A stretch of DNA of 60,442 nucleotides from Chitinophaga pinensis (GCA_945865625.1 CAMBFD010000005.1:1-60442), one strand, 5' to 3'; counted from the first letter of the stretch, positions 27,204-37,238 are shown. Notes: generated by a model from the sequence alone, not told the origin. Made by a program: numbers and translations.

Positions 27204-28219
27204 TTGTTCACCAAAGAATCATCTTCGGTAAGCATTTGCACACATTGATCTACCATATTTGAAGAGCCAATATAAATTGGAGCTCTTTGATGCAAATTGG
27301 TTGGCAATAAATCTAGGATTCTGCCTGTGCCAGTAGAAGCTTGTCCACCGGCTTGTTCAACAATAAATGCCATTGGATTGCATTCGTACAACAAACGAAG
27401 TTTGCCGTTTGGCATTTTTTCTGTTGCAGGGTACATAAAGATGCCCCCTTTCAAAAGGTTTCTATGAAAATCTGCAATTAAACTCCCAATGTATCTTGCT
27501 CCATATGGGCGATTTGTAGCCTTATCTTTTTCTTTACAATATTGAACATAGCGTTTGATACCATCCGGAAAATCTTGTAAATTACCTTCATTCACACTAA
27601 AAATCTTACCATCTTTGGGGGTTTGAATGCTAGGGTGCGATAAACAAAACTCTTGAATAGAATCGTCGAGGGTAAAACCATTCACGCCTAAACCGGTGGT
27701 GTAAACCAACATGGTGCTGCTACCATAAATGATATAGCCTGCGGCAACTTGGTGTTTGCCTTTTTGCATACAATCGCTGGCGGTTGGGGGTTGTGCAAAA
27801 TTTGAACGTCGGTAAATTGAAAAAATTGTTCCGATACTTGCATTCACATCGATGTTGCTACTTCCATCTAAAGGATCGATGGCAATGATATATTTTTCGT
27901 TTTCACATCCCTCAATAAAAACAGGATCATCATTTTCTTCAGAAATGATGACTGCTACTTCACCACTTTTAGATAATGCAGCAATAAAAACTTCATTGGC
28001 AATAACATCTAGTTTCTTTTGATCTTCGCCATGGGTGTTTGTTGAACCATGATTCCCCAAAATGTCTACCAATCCAGCTTTACGAACATCTCTATTGACA
28101 ACTTTCGCAGCGAGTTCTAAGGATCTAAAAATGCGGCTCAATGAACCTCTTGACTCTTTGTATAACGATTGTTGATCTACAATAAATTGTTCTAAAGTAA
28201 TTAATCCTGTATGCGGCAT
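27200..28219 (-). CDS. fbp: class 1 fructose-1,6-bisphosphatase
   Basis: 339 aa. LTLEQFIV...GSLSRIF...AAKVVNRDVRKAGL and DPLDGSSNIDVN are typical FBPase I motifs. Confidence 0.93.
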   Translation of the reverse strand: MPHTGLITLEQFIVDQQSLYKESRGSLSRIFRSLELAAKVVNRDVRKAGLVDILGNHGSTNTHGEDQKKLDVIANEVFIAALSKSGEVAVIISEENDDPVFIEGCENEKYIIAIDPLDGSSNIDVNASIGTIFSIYRRSNFAQPPTASDCMQKGKHQVAAGYIIYGSSTMLVYTTGLGVNGFTLDDSIQEFCLSHPSIQTPKDGKIFSVNEGNLQDFPDGIKRYVQYCKEKDKATNRPYGARYIGSLIADFHRNLLKGGIFMYPATEKMPNGKLRLLYECNPMAFIVEQAGGQASTGTGRILDLLPTNLHQRAPIYIGSSNMVDQCVQMLTEDDSLVNN

Positions 28220-28301
28220 AGGGTTAGTGTGAGATTTAAGTATTTATTTTGCAAAACAACAACAAAATAATATATTTTACCCTATCATTCACAAAGAAGA
28301 G

Positions 28302-29567
28302 ATGAAGATTTACAAATTCGGTGGTGCATCGGTAAAAGATGCCGAGGGCGTTAGAAACGTTGCGAACATCATTTCGCAAGAAAAAAACAATGAAATATTG
28401 GTGGTCATTAGTGCAATGGGCAAAACCACAAACGCTCTTGAAACCCTTGTAAATGATACATTTAAGAATGAAAAATCGGCTTCAGCGGTTTTACAATCAA
28501 TCATTCAATCGCACAATGAATTAATCCATGATCTGTTCCAAGAAAATGCGTTCATTTGGAGCAATGAGGTTAGGAATTTATTTTTAGAATTAGAATGTTT
28601 AATTGATAATGAGAACCTAAAAGACGATTATGATTTCCTCTACGATCAAATTGTGACCTATGGAGAACTCATCTGTACGCGCATTGTAAGTGCTTATTTA
28701 TTGAGTCAAAACATCCAAAATCAATGGATTGATGCCCGTAATTTTATCATTACCGACAGCCGCTACCGCGATGCAAAGGTTCAATGGGAAGAAACAGAAA
28801 AAATTGTTTCTAACCGTTTGAAACCATTGGCAGCAAAGAATTTAATCATCACCCAAGGATTCATTGGAAAAGGAGAAAAAGGAGAAACCACAACTTTGGG
28901 AAGAGAAGGTTCCGATTATAGTGCTGCCATTTTTGGCAAGCTTTTAGGTGCCGAATCTGTAACCATTTGGAAAGATGTTGCGGGTGTGATGAATGCCGAT
29001 CCTAAGAAATTTGAAAACACCGTGCTCATTTCTGAATTAAGCTATAACGATGCAATTGAATTGGCTTACTACGGAGCGTCTGTGATTCACCCCAAAACCA
29101 TACAACCTCTAAAAGCTGCAGACATTCCACTTTTTGTAAAATCGTTTATCAATCCATCTGACCCTGGAACCAAAGTAAGTGAAGATTCTAAACCTCTTTC
29201 GGTTCCTTGTAAAATTCACAAATCGAATCAAATTATGCTTGAAATTAGCACCAAGGACTTTAACTTTATTGTTGAAGAGCATTTAAAGCAAATTTTTGAA
29301 GCATTGAGTCATTATAAAGTTCGCGCCCACATCATGCAAAATTCTGCAATTCACTTTAGATGTGTGATCGACCATAAAGAAAACAAACACATGCCCTTGA
29401 TTGAGCATTTGGGATCGATGGGCTTAACCATTCATATTATTGAAAATTTGGATCTACTGAGTGTATACCAGCCAAAAGAATCGAGCAGCGATGAAATGAA
29501 GCAATTCGGGAAAATCATCATGCAACAAAACATGGGCAACGCAGCGCATTATGTAATTCAGAAGTAA
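28302..29567 (+). CDS. lysC: aspartate kinase (monofunctional)
   Basis: 421 aa. MKIYKFGGASVKDAEG..., LGREGSDYSAA, and C-terminal ACT-like repeats. Confidence 0.9.
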   Translation: MKIYKFGGASVKDAEGVRNVANIISQEKNNEILVVISAMGKTTNALETLVNDTFKNEKSASAVLQSIIQSHNELIHDLFQENAFIWSNEVRNLFLELECLIDNENLKDDYDFLYDQIVTYGELICTRIVSAYLLSQNIQNQWIDARNFIITDSRYRDAKVQWEETEKIVSNRLKPLAAKNLIITQGFIGKGEKGETTTLGREGSDYSAAIFGKLLGAESVTIWKDVAGVMNADPKKFENTVLISELSYNDAIELAYYGASVIHPKTIQPLKAADIPLFVKSFINPSDPGTKVSEDSKPLSVPCKIHKSNQIMLEISTKDFNFIVEEHLKQIFEALSHYKVRAHIMQNSAIHFRCVIDHKENKHMPLIEHLGSMGLTIHIIENLDLLSVYQPKESSSDEMKQFGKIIMQQNMGNAAHYVIQK

Positions 29568-29590
29568 ACGGTTTTTACAAACATAAAAAA

Positions 29591-29619
29591 AGCAGGGCAA
29601 TTGAATTGTCCTGCTTTTT
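29591..29619 (+). terminator. intrinsic terminator downstream of lysC
   Basis: AGCAGGGCAATT g AATTGTCCTGCT forms a 12-bp stem with one mismatch, followed by TTTTT. Confidence 0.8.
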
Positions 29620-29641
29620 AATTTTGAGGGATATTGGGTGC

Positions 29642-29665
29642 GAAAAAGATTTGCAATTCTGCAAA
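29642..29665 (-). terminator. candidate weak intrinsic terminator downstream of the LysM hydrolase gene
   Basis: The minus strand reads TTTGCA gaat TGCAAA followed by TCTTTTT. The stem is AU-rich, so this is tentative. Confidence 0.4.
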
Positions 29666-29722
29666 TAATTTCGGGATTGTTATTTGGATAAAGTGCAAAA
29701 GGACTCTCAACTTTAACGTTAA

Positions 29723-31231
29723 TTATTGTAAAGTCAATTTTTGACCTAGGCTAATTGAATTATTCTGGATGTTATTGAGTTGTTTCAAACGATCTACAGG
29801 TAGGTGATATTTCTGAGCGATACTATACAAAGTTTCTCCTGGTTTCACAAAATGAATACTTGCAACAATTTGTTGGGCTGTTTGACCATTGGCCAAATTT
29901 GCAACCCTATATAAATAAAGCACTTGGTCTACCGAAATTGGTTTTGATTGTAAATGATTCCAAACAATTAAAGAATCGGCTTTCATAGAATACATTTTAG
30001 AAATAGAATACACAGTTTCACCCCTCAGTACAGTATGTGTTTTTGACTTCACATTCTCGCGGTTATTCACCATGTTTTCTGTGTTTTTTGAGGGTTTCAT
30101 TGTAGGACTCAAGACCAAAATCTGTCCTACTTTCACATCTGCTATTTCTAAATCATTCCAACGAACCAAATTCAAAACTGACGTTTGATACTTTTCTGCA
30201 ATCTGCTCAATGGTTTCACCTTTTAAAACCTCATGCATATTTTCGGAGATTGCCTTTTTTCGTTGATTCAACAAGTTAACAGCATCGGCCTGATTTACTT
30301 TTGGCGTTTGAACAGCTAATTTAGGTGGCGTTTGGCGTTTCTCCTTTAGATATATAATCTCACCTACAGCAGGTTCTTGCCCAGGCTCCAATCTATTCTT
30401 GCGATACAGTTGCTTCATTTTTACTGCATATTGCTGTGAAATGTCTCTCAGAGATTCCCCTTTCTTTAAAATGTGCGTTTCTTCTGAACCACTGCTTCTT
30501 TTTGGACGCAAATAAATAATTTCCCCGGGATTAATCATTTCACCATCTTTCAAATCATTATAGCGATAAATTTGCCATGTTCCTAGATGGTGTTTTTTTG
30601 CCACTTCACTCGGATTTTCACCTTCTTTTGCCCCAATTGCTGGGACACCATTAATTTGAATCATTTCAGGCTGACCAATTGACCCTTTAAAATATTCTTC
30701 ACCGAGCACAACCATGCTATCGTAGAGCGTTAAGCGATATTTGCGAATAATATTCGACAAAATTGTTCCGTAAGCAGGATTTGTTGCATAACCAGCCTCT
30801 CTCAATCCGTTTGCCCATCCCTCATAATCAGTGGGATTTAATTCAAACAAAGCAGCATATCTAGAACTCCCCTTTAAAAATAAAGAATGATCTCTGTAGC
30901 TTTCAATGGAGGTTTCATATCCTCTAAAACACTCGTCTTTCGCATCATCGTCTGCTAAACAAAACTTACCATTCCAATTTTTTCGACACTTTATACCAAA
31001 ATGGTTGTTGCACTCCTTAGAAAGTTTGCTATTTCCACTGGCACTTTCCAAAATACCTTGTCCTAAAGTGATACTTGCAGGCACTCCATGAACACGCATT
31101 TCTTGCATTGCAGATTGCTTAAATGAATCGATATATTCTTTCGTATTCATCGATTTCTGTGCACTTAAGCTCGAAATCATTCCAAAATAAAACGTCGCTA
31201 AAAAGACAAAAAATAGTTTGATATAATTCAT
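29723..31231 (-). CDS. peptidoglycan hydrolase: N-terminal glucosaminidase domain plus multiple LysM repeats
   Basis: 502 aa with a signal peptide. Glucosaminidase-like region (ITLGQGILESASGNSKLSKECNNHFGIK) followed by at least four LysM-like repeats (H.V..GET.Y.I...Y). Confidence 0.85.
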   Translation of the reverse strand: MNYIKLFFVFLATFYFGMISSLSAQKSMNTKEYIDSFKQSAMQEMRVHGVPASITLGQGILESASGNSKLSKECNNHFGIKCRKNWNGKFCLADDDAKDECFRGYETSIESYRDHSLFLKGSSRYAALFELNPTDYEGWANGLREAGYATNPAYGTILSNIIRKYRLTLYDSMVVLGEEYFKGSIGQPEMIQINGVPAIGAKEGENPSEVAKKHHLGTWQIYRYNDLKDGEMINPGEIIYLRPKRSSGSEETHILKKGESLRDISQQYAVKMKQLYRKNRLEPGQEPAVGEIIYLKEKRQTPPKLAVQTPKVNQADAVNLLNQRKKAISENMHEVLKGETIEQIAEKYQTSVLNLVRWNDLEIADVKVGQILVLSPTMKPSKNTENMVNNRENVKSKTHTVLRGETVYSISKMYSMKADSLIVWNHLQSKPISVDQVLYLYRVANLANGQTAQQIVASIHFVKPGETLYSIAQKYHLPVDRLKQLNNIQNNSISLGQKLTLQ

Positions 31232-31250
31232 TAAAAATAGTATTTTAAAT

Positions 31251-31258
31251 CAAACGTA
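31251..31258 (-). promoter_or_regulatory. -7 promoter box for the LysM hydrolase gene
   Basis: The minus strand reads TACGTTTG, 19 nt from ATG 31231. Confidence 0.4.
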
Positions 31259-31346
31259 ATTAATGCAAAATGCTTACCGCGAATTACTTTTTAACATGTG
31301 TTGAGTAATTCCTTCGATATGCACATAAAAATAGATCCAATTCGTG

Positions 31347-31354
31347 TATTTTTG
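31347..31354 (+). promoter_or_regulatory. -7 promoter box for dsbD-gmhA
   Basis: TATTTTTG, 8 nt from ATG 31363. Confidence 0.45.
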
Positions 31355-31362
31355 TAATTCAT

Positions 31363-33486
31363 ATGTTCAAGAAATTCATTTTCTCTGCCATTTTAAGTAT
31401 CCTTACGTTGGGTTCAACGTTTGCTGCCGGATTTCCCAAACCGAAATTCACAGCAACTTTTAGCAAAAACAAAGCAAATGCTGGAGATGTCATTGAAATC
31501 ATTATTCGCTTTGATGTCCCTCAAGGATTTCACGTTTTCAGTGAAAAAAGCGATTGCCCAGAAGACGATGGCCCTATGCGTGCTAGCATCGATTTCAAAC
31601 CAAATACAACCTATCAATTGGTCGGAAAATTTGTTGGAGTTGGTGATCACATGGTCAAAGAAGATGAGGTTTGGCATTGTTCTTCAGGAGAATTTTTAGA
31701 CAAAGGCGAATTCCGCCAAAAAATCAAAGTCCTCTCTACCATTGAATCTATTGAAATGATTTTCAATGGTCAAATTTGCAATGAAAGTGGTTGCGATAAC
31801 ATCCGCGATGCCGTAATCAAAACTCCGAAATTAAATGTTACCGGTAAAATTGAAGCCGCCCCCATACCTGTTGCAGAAACAACCACCGAATCTACAGAAA
31901 CAACGACTTTAGACACTGCTAACGCATCGTCGGCAAATCCTTTGGCTACAACCGCTGGCGCAGCTACATATAAATTTGAAAATGGCAAGGGTGTTTGCCA
32001 TACAAAAACATTCAATGGAATTCAAAGTGCTGAATCTACTGAAGATTATATGGGACTTTTCATTTTGGCCCTTATTAGTGGATTTGCTGCTTTGTTAACG
32101 CCTTGCGTTTTTCCAATGATTCCAATGACGGTTTCATTCTTCATTCGAAATAAAAATCGCAAAATTGCGATTCGAGATTCTTTCCTATTTGCATTTTCTA
32201 TCATTGCATTTTATACAATTATTGGAACGCTCGTAGCGTATACCTTTGGCGCAACTGCCGCAAACTGGGTAAGTACGCACTGGATTCCAAACATCTTCTT
32301 CACCGTTATTTTTATCATTTTCGCAGCGAGCTTCTTTGGGGCATTTGAAATTGTTTTACCAAGTTCAATCGTAAACAAGATGGATAAGCAAGTTGACAAA
32401 GGCGGATTCATGGGTCCAATTTTCATGGCCATTACCATTGCATTGGTCTCTTTCTCTTGTACAGGTCCAATTGTAGGCACTGTGATGGTTGAGGCCGTTC
32501 AAGGTGGTGCCATGCGACCAATCATTGCAATGTTTGGTTTCTCATTGGCATTTGCATTGCCGTTTGGATTGTTATCGCTATTCCCTTCTTGGATGAACAA
32601 CCTTCCAAAATCTGGCGGTTGGTTAAATAGCGTAAAGGTGGTTCTTGGGTTTATTGAATTGGCTTTTGCCCTAAAATTCTTAAGCATTCCTGATCAAACT
32701 TATCATTGGGGAATTTTAGATAGAGAAGTTTATTTGGCCATTTGGATTGTGATTTTTACACTGCTTGGACTTTACCTTCTGGGTAAAATTAAATTCTCTC
32801 ACGACGATGAAGTTCCGCGACTAAATATTTTTAGATTGGGATTGGTCATCACCGTTTTCTCTTTTGTTATGTATATGATTCCAGGTATGTGGGGTGCACC
32901 ATTAAAAGCGCTTGCTGGTTATTTACCGCCACTGTCGTCGCAGGACTTCCATGCCAACGCTGGATCGCATTCAACAGGGGTATCTACAATCTGTGGAACA
33001 CCAAAATACGCCAATGAAAAATTACATATCCCCCATGGTTTGGAGGGATATTACGACTATGATGAAGCTTTGGCTTGTGCAAAAGCACAAAACAAACCTT
33101 TGTTTATCGACTTCACCGGTCATGGTTGTGTAAACTGCCGTAAAATGGAAGAAAAAGCTTGGTCCGACCCAGCTGCTTTGAAAATCTTGCGTGAAAAGTA
33201 CATTGTGGTTGCATTGTTTGTAGACGATAAAAAAATACAATTGCCTAAAAACGAATGGTTCAAAGGAAATGCTTCTGGCAATATGATTACCATGCTTGGC
33301 GATAAAAATGCGGAAATTGAACAGTGTTATTTTGGTAAAACCGTACAACCATTATATGTATTGATGGATGGCAATGAAAATTTATTGCAACCTGCTTACA
33401 CCGCTGAATATTTTAATTTTAAAAGCGAACCTTTCATCAAGTTTTTGGAAGATGGTGCTACCAACTTTAAAAAGATCAAAAATTAA
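31363..33486 (+). CDS. dsbD: thiol:disulfide interchange protein DsbD-like (N-terminal domain + DsbD transmembrane core + C-terminal thioredoxin fold)
   Basis: 707 aa. Contains [11 protein letters not shown] and FSCTGP TM motifs and a C-terminal [13 protein letters not shown] thioredoxin CxxC. Confidence 0.85.
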   Translation: MFKKFIFSAILSILTLGSTFAAGFPKPKFTATFSKNKANAGDVIEIIIRFDVPQGFHVFSEKSDCPEDDGPMRASIDFKPNTTYQLVGKFVGVGDHMVKEDEVWHCSSGEFLDKGEFRQKIKVLSTIESIEMIFNGQICNESGCDNIRDAVIKTPKLNVTGKIEAAPIPVAETTTESTETTTLDTANASSANPLATTAGAATYKFENGKGVCHTKTFNGIQSAESTEDYMGLFILALISGFAALLTPCVFPMIPMTVSFFIRNKNRKIAIRDSFLFAFSIIAFYTIIGTLVAYTFGATAANWVSTHWIPNIFFTVIFIIFAASFFGAFEIVLPSSIVNKMDKQVDKGGFMGPIFMAITIALVSFSCTGPIVGTVMVEAVQGGAMRPIIAMFGFSLAFALPFGLLSLFPSWMNNLPKSGGWLNSVKVVLGFIELAFALKFLSIPDQTYHWGILDREVYLAIWIVIFTLLGLYLLGKIKFSHDDEVPRLNIFRLGLVITVFSFVMYMIPGMWGAPLKALAGYLPPLSSQDFHANAGSHSTGVSTICGTPKYANEKLHIPHGLEGYYDYDEALACAKAQNKPLFIDFTGHGCVNCRKMEEKAWSDPAALKILREKYIVVALFVDDKKIQLPKNEWFKGNASGNMITMLGDKNAEIEQCYFGKTVQPLYVLMDGNENLLQPAYTAEYFNFKSEPFIKFLEDGATNFKKIKN

Positions 33487-34067
33487 TGGATACAACTCAA
33501 ATAAAACAACATTTTATTGAAGCAAATCATTGTTTAAATGCTTTTTTAGAAGATGCCAGCAACTTCGAAAAAATTCACAATGCCGCAATAGCCATTGTGA
33601 AAAGTTTTGAAAACGGAGGGAAAATCATTTCTGCGGGTAATGGAGGTAGCCACTGTGATGCCATGCATTTTGCAGAAGAACTCACTGGGCGTTATAAAAA
33701 CAGCAGAAAGGCTTTGCCTGCCATTGCCATTAGTGATCCAAGTCATATTTCTTGTGTTGGCAATGATTACGGTTATGAATTTGTGTTTTCACGCTATTTA
33801 GAGGCTCTAGGGAACACTGGTGATGTATTTTTAGGCATTAGCACAAGTGGAAACAGTCATAACATCATCAATGCCATAGAAGTCGCTAAAGCTAAAGGAA
33901 TGTTCATCATTGGACTAACGGGTAAAGATGGTGGTAAAATTGGACCGCTGTGCGACATTGAGATTAGGGCTCCAAAATCAGAATTTGCAGATCGAGCGCA
34001 AGAAATTCATATCAAAATTATCCATTCCCTTATAGACACAATTGAGAAAATGATGCATATTGCATAA
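33486..34067 (+). CDS. gmhA: D-sedoheptulose-7-phosphate isomerase (SIS domain)
   Basis: 193 aa. [20 protein letters not shown]...[17 protein letters not shown]...GISTSGNS...EIHIKIIH is nearly colinear with E. coli GmhA as I recall it. TAATG overlap with dsbD. Confidence 0.9.
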   Translation: MDTTQIKQHFIEANHCLNAFLEDASNFEKIHNAAIAIVKSFENGGKIISAGNGGSHCDAMHFAEELTGRYKNSRKALPAIAISDPSHISCVGNDYGYEFVFSRYLEALGNTGDVFLGISTSGNSHNIINAIEVAKAKGMFIIGLTGKDGGKIGPLCDIEIRAPKSEFADRAQEIHIKIIHSLIDTIEKMMHIA

Positions 34068-34082
34068 CTTTTCTGTGATCAA

Positions 34083-35324
34083 ATGATAAAATTACGATTA
34101 ACCACACTTAGTTTCCTTCAATTTTTTATCTGGGGATGTTGGCTCATAACCATTGGTAGCTATTGTTTTAACACAAAGCATTGGAGTCCCGGAGATTTTG
34201 GAGTTATCTTCTCCACCATGGGAATCTCAGCTTTGTTCATGCCCCCTATTGTTGGCATTCTGGCTGATAGGGTAATGAATGCTGAAAAACTCTATGGTAT
34301 TTTGCATCTATTGGGTGGAATTAGCTTATTCTTCATTCCGAATGCCCAAACTCCTGACCAAATGTTTTGGAGTATTCTAATCACCATGGTTTTTTATATG
34401 CCAACCATCTCATTATCGAATACCGTTGCTTACAGTATATTGTCAAATCATAATTTAGATATTGTGAAAAACTACCCTCCAATAAGAGTTTGGGGGACAA
34501 TTGGATTTATTGTTGCATTATGGATCGTTAGCCTCACTGAAAACGAAACTTCAGCTTTCCAATTTTATCTCGCATCGGCAGTGTCTATAGCACTGTCAGC
34601 TTATGCATTTACTTTGCCTAGTTGCCCACCTATGGGTAAAAAATCAGAATCAAAATCCCTATCCAATCGACTAGGATTAGATGCATTTAAATTATTTAAA
34701 AAATCACATTTCGCAATTTTTTTCATTTTTGCAATGTTTCTGGGAGCTGCACTCCAACTCACAAATGCATATGGCGATACATTTTTACAAGACTTCAAAT
34801 TTCAAGATCAATATAAGGACCTATTGGCCGTAAAATATCCTGCGATTATCATGAGCATTTCACAAATCAGTGAAACATTGTTTATTTTAACCATTCCATT
34901 CTTTATGAAACGTTTTGGCATCAAGCAAGTCATGATTTTTAGCATGGTTGCTTGGGTGTTAAGATTTGCCCTTTTTGCCTATGGTGATCCTGGTGCAGGG
35001 CTTTGGTTGATTGTTTTGTCGTGCATTATTTATGGTATGGCGTTCGACTTTTTCACCATCTCAGGTTCATTGTTCATTGAAACGTCAACCAATCAGGGCA
35101 TTCGCTCTTCGGCACAAGGGTTATTTACCATGATGGTCAATGGTGTTGGTGCTGTTTTAGGAAGCTTAATTAGTGGTAAAATCATAGAACTTTATTTCAC
35201 TGAAAACAATGTAAAGAACTGGCATAATATCTGGCTTGTTTTTGCAGCTTATGCTGCCGTTGTAACCATTCTCTTTATCTTCTTATTTAAAGAAGAACCT
35301 AAAGAAATTGAACCAAGTATTTAA
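34083..35324 (+). CDS. nucleoside:H+ symporter-family MFS permease (NupG-like)
   Basis: 413 aa, about 12 TM segments. The N-terminal LSFLQFFIWGCWLITIGSY is typical of the family. Confidence 0.8.
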   Translation: MIKLRLTTLSFLQFFIWGCWLITIGSYCFNTKHWSPGDFGVIFSTMGISALFMPPIVGILADRVMNAEKLYGILHLLGGISLFFIPNAQTPDQMFWSILITMVFYMPTISLSNTVAYSILSNHNLDIVKNYPPIRVWGTIGFIVALWIVSLTENETSAFQFYLASAVSIALSAYAFTLPSCPPMGKKSESKSLSNRLGLDAFKLFKKSHFAIFFIFAMFLGAALQLTNAYGDTFLQDFKFQDQYKDLLAVKYPAIIMSISQISETLFILTIPFFMKRFGIKQVMIFSMVAWVLRFALFAYGDPGAGLWLIVLSCIIYGMAFDFFTISGSLFIETSTNQGIRSSAQGLFTMMVNGVGAVLGSLISGKIIELYFTENNVKNWHNIWLVFAAYAAVVTILFIFLFKEEPKEIEPSI

Positions 35325-35944
35325 ATAGAATCATATGGATTCTTTTCCTCGTTTTCTATATGAAACCACTGAGGAATTTTCCGTTTCGGCAAGAGATTGA
35401 TGTAGAACTTGCGATCGATCAATGCACATACAATTCCTGCAATTGTGCCACTGATATGTCCCTCATAAGAAACATGAGGAATCAATGGCAACAATCCCCA
35501 CCACATTCCACCGTAAAAAAGTACAGTAACAAAGAATATAGCGAACAATTTTTTATTGGGTTGTAATAGTATTATGGTGAGTATAAAGGATGCAAAAGCA
35601 TAAACCCAAACAGAAGCCCCAATATGTTGGGTATTGGGTGTGGCAATAAAAAAAAACAACACCGATGATAAAATATATTGTGAAATAAAAAAACGAAGCC
35701 AATTGTGTGGAAACAACAGCATGAAAATTGATGATAATGAAATGAGCGACAGGAGGTTCCCGATCAAATGATCGAGGTTGCCGTGTAGCCAAGGACTTGT
35801 AAACGCCGAATATGAATAATTAAAATTTTGTGGATGCAACGCAAAGAAATCTAAAATTGCACTCGTTTGATTATAAAAAACCAAAACAAGAATTACACAA
35901 ACGAAAGCGAGGGAGAAAATCGATTTTTGGAATGCGAGAAACAT
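35321..35944 (-). CDS. rhomboid-family intramembrane serine protease
   Basis: 207 aa, polytopic. Motifs WLHGNLDHLIGN (HxxxN), GASVWVYA (GxS) and GHISGTIAG (catalytic His). Confidence 0.7.
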   Translation of the reverse strand: MFLAFQKSIFSLAFVCVILVLVFYNQTSAILDFFALHPQNFNYSYSAFTSPWLHGNLDHLIGNLLSLISLSSIFMLLFPHNWLRFFISQYILSSVLFFFIATPNTQHIGASVWVYAFASFILTIILLQPNKKLFAIFFVTVLFYGGMWWGLLPLIPHVSYEGHISGTIAGIVCALIDRKFYINLLPKRKIPQWFHIENEEKNPYDSI

Positions 35945-35945
35945 T

Positions 35946-36392
35946 CTAATTCAATTGATGCGTAACATTAATCCAACTTTCATCGAAATTGACATCAAAC
36001 TTCTTATAGAAATCGATTGCTGGTTGGTTCCAATCGAGCACTTGCCAGGAGATTCTTTCAAATTTTCTTTTTTTAGCAAATGCAATTAGGTGATTTAGGA
36101 GCGCTGTGCCGACACCTTTTCTTCGAGATGACTCTTTAACCACAATATCTTCTAGATAAAGCACAGGACCTTTCCAAGTAGAATATCGAATATAGCAAAT
36201 TGCAGTGCCAAGAATTTGATGATCATGAACGCAGACCCAACAAAAAACGAAGGGATTATTTGCGAGGCAGTGTTGAGCTAATATTTCGGGGTCGGTAATC
36301 ACTTCTGCTGGAGCTTTTTCATAAAGAGCAAGTTCACAGATGAGATCGTGAACTGATTCAAAGTCTGGCAGTTCAGCTTGACGAATTTCCAT
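35946..36392 (-). CDS. GNAT-family N-acetyltransferase
   Basis: 148 aa. The acetyl-CoA binding motif RRKGVGTALLNHLI is present. Confidence 0.8.
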   Translation of the reverse strand: MEIRQAELPDFESVHDLICELALYEKAPAEVITDPEILAQHCLANNPFVFCWVCVHDHQILGTAICYIRYSTWKGPVLYLEDIVVKESSRRKGVGTALLNHLIAFAKKRKFERISWQVLDWNQPAIDFYKKFDVNFDESWINVTHQLN

Positions 36393-36395
36393 TAA

Positions 36396-36770
36396 TTAGC
36401 GAATCGCTAGTTTAAGGGTTTTGGTATAATCACCACTTTTAAGTTGTATGAAATAAATACCTTTATCAAGAAGGGCATCCATCACACCAATTCTAACTCT
36501 ACCTTCAACATAATCTGATTTTCTAATTACATAAGAATAAACCACTTTGCCTAGAACGTCATTCACAAGAATAACAGCATCTGGAAATTCTGTTTCAGAA
36601 AATTTAAGATTCACATAGAAATAAGAGCCGTTTACAGGGTTTGGATTTAACGTAAAATCGGGCCCACCAGCGAGCACAGGATTTTCAACCCATGGAGGTG
36701 TAGAAAGGGTTTCAGCGTTGAGGCTCAAAGAAAATAAGAAGAAAAAGAGAGTGAGTAGTTTTCTAATCAT
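36396..36770 (-). CDS. small secreted protein consisting almost only of a T9SS type-A sorting domain
   Basis: Starts at ATG 36770 (MIRKLLTLFFFLFSLSLNAET). LNPNPVNGSYFYVNL...GIYFIQLKSGDYTKTLKLAIR is CTD-like. Confidence 0.6.
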   Translation of the reverse strand: MIRKLLTLFFFLFSLSLNAETLSTPPWVENPVLAGGPDFTLNPNPVNGSYFYVNLKFSETEFPDAVILVNDVLGKVVYSYVIRKSDYVEGRVRIGVMDALLDKGIYFIQLKSGDYTKTLKLAIR

Positions 36771-36784
36771 CGCTACAAAGATGT

Positions 36785-36811
36785 AAAAAAAAAGGCACTT
36801 AAACAAGTGCC
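36785..36811 (-). terminator. intrinsic terminator downstream of the small lipoprotein gene
   Basis: GGCACTT aaac AAGTGCC forms a perfect 7-bp stem. On the minus strand it is followed by U9 (A-run 36785-36793). Confidence 0.85.
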
Positions 36812-36836
36812 TTTTAAAATTTTAGTTGAGTTAGAA

Positions 36837-37040
36837 TTATTTCTTCTCAGTCTTTGGCGCTTCAGCTGGAGCTGCAGTAGCAGTGTCAGCTTTTACAGTA
36901 GTGTCTGCTGGAGTTGCTTCAGCTGGTGCAGTAGTGTCAGCTGTAGAATCAGCATTAGTTGTTCCTTCGGTGTTGTTACCACCACAAGCAGCGAAAGCGA
37001 ATACTACGCAAGCTGCTAAAGCGAAAGTGATTTTTTTCAT
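36837..37040 (-). CDS. small low-complexity (Ala/Thr/Pro/Glu-rich) lipoprotein
   Basis: 67 aa with lipobox FAACGG. A -7 box lies upstream and a strong terminator downstream. The opposite-strand ORF 36807..37019 is judged spurious. Confidence 0.6.
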   Translation of the reverse strand: MKKITFALAACVVFAFAACGGNNTEGTTNADSTADTTAPAEATPADTTVKADTATAAPAEAPKTEKK

Positions 37041-37070
37041 TTTATTTGTTTTTCCTATTTAAGTGTGGTG

Positions 37071-37078
37071 CAAAAATA
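37071..37078 (-). promoter_or_regulatory. -7 promoter box for the small lipoprotein gene
   Basis: The minus strand reads TATTTTTG, 30 nt from ATG 37040. Confidence 0.4.
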
Positions 37079-37098
37079 TAACGAAGTTTACAATATAC

Positions 37099-37130
37099 AA
37101 AAAAAAATTAAAAAAAAATTAAAAAAAAAA
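37099..37130. repeat. three phased A-tracts (A9 TT A9 TT A10) with 11-bp period
   Basis: Read directly: 37099-37107, 37110-37118 and 37121-37130. Located in the divergent intergenic region between the small lipoprotein gene and crtD. Confidence 0.9.
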
Positions 37131-37238
37131 CAGAAACCTAATTCACTATCAATCAAGCCTATATATTTTACAGGGTTTTTGTCGCTAAAAAAAATGCTAT
37201 TTCGCTCAACATTAATGATTTAAAATTGTTATTTGAAC

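Noticed and set aside
28220-28301. Possible lysine riboswitch upstream of lysC
   Set aside because: The intergenic region is only 82 bp and lacks the conserved L-box helices, so it is too short for a riboswitch.
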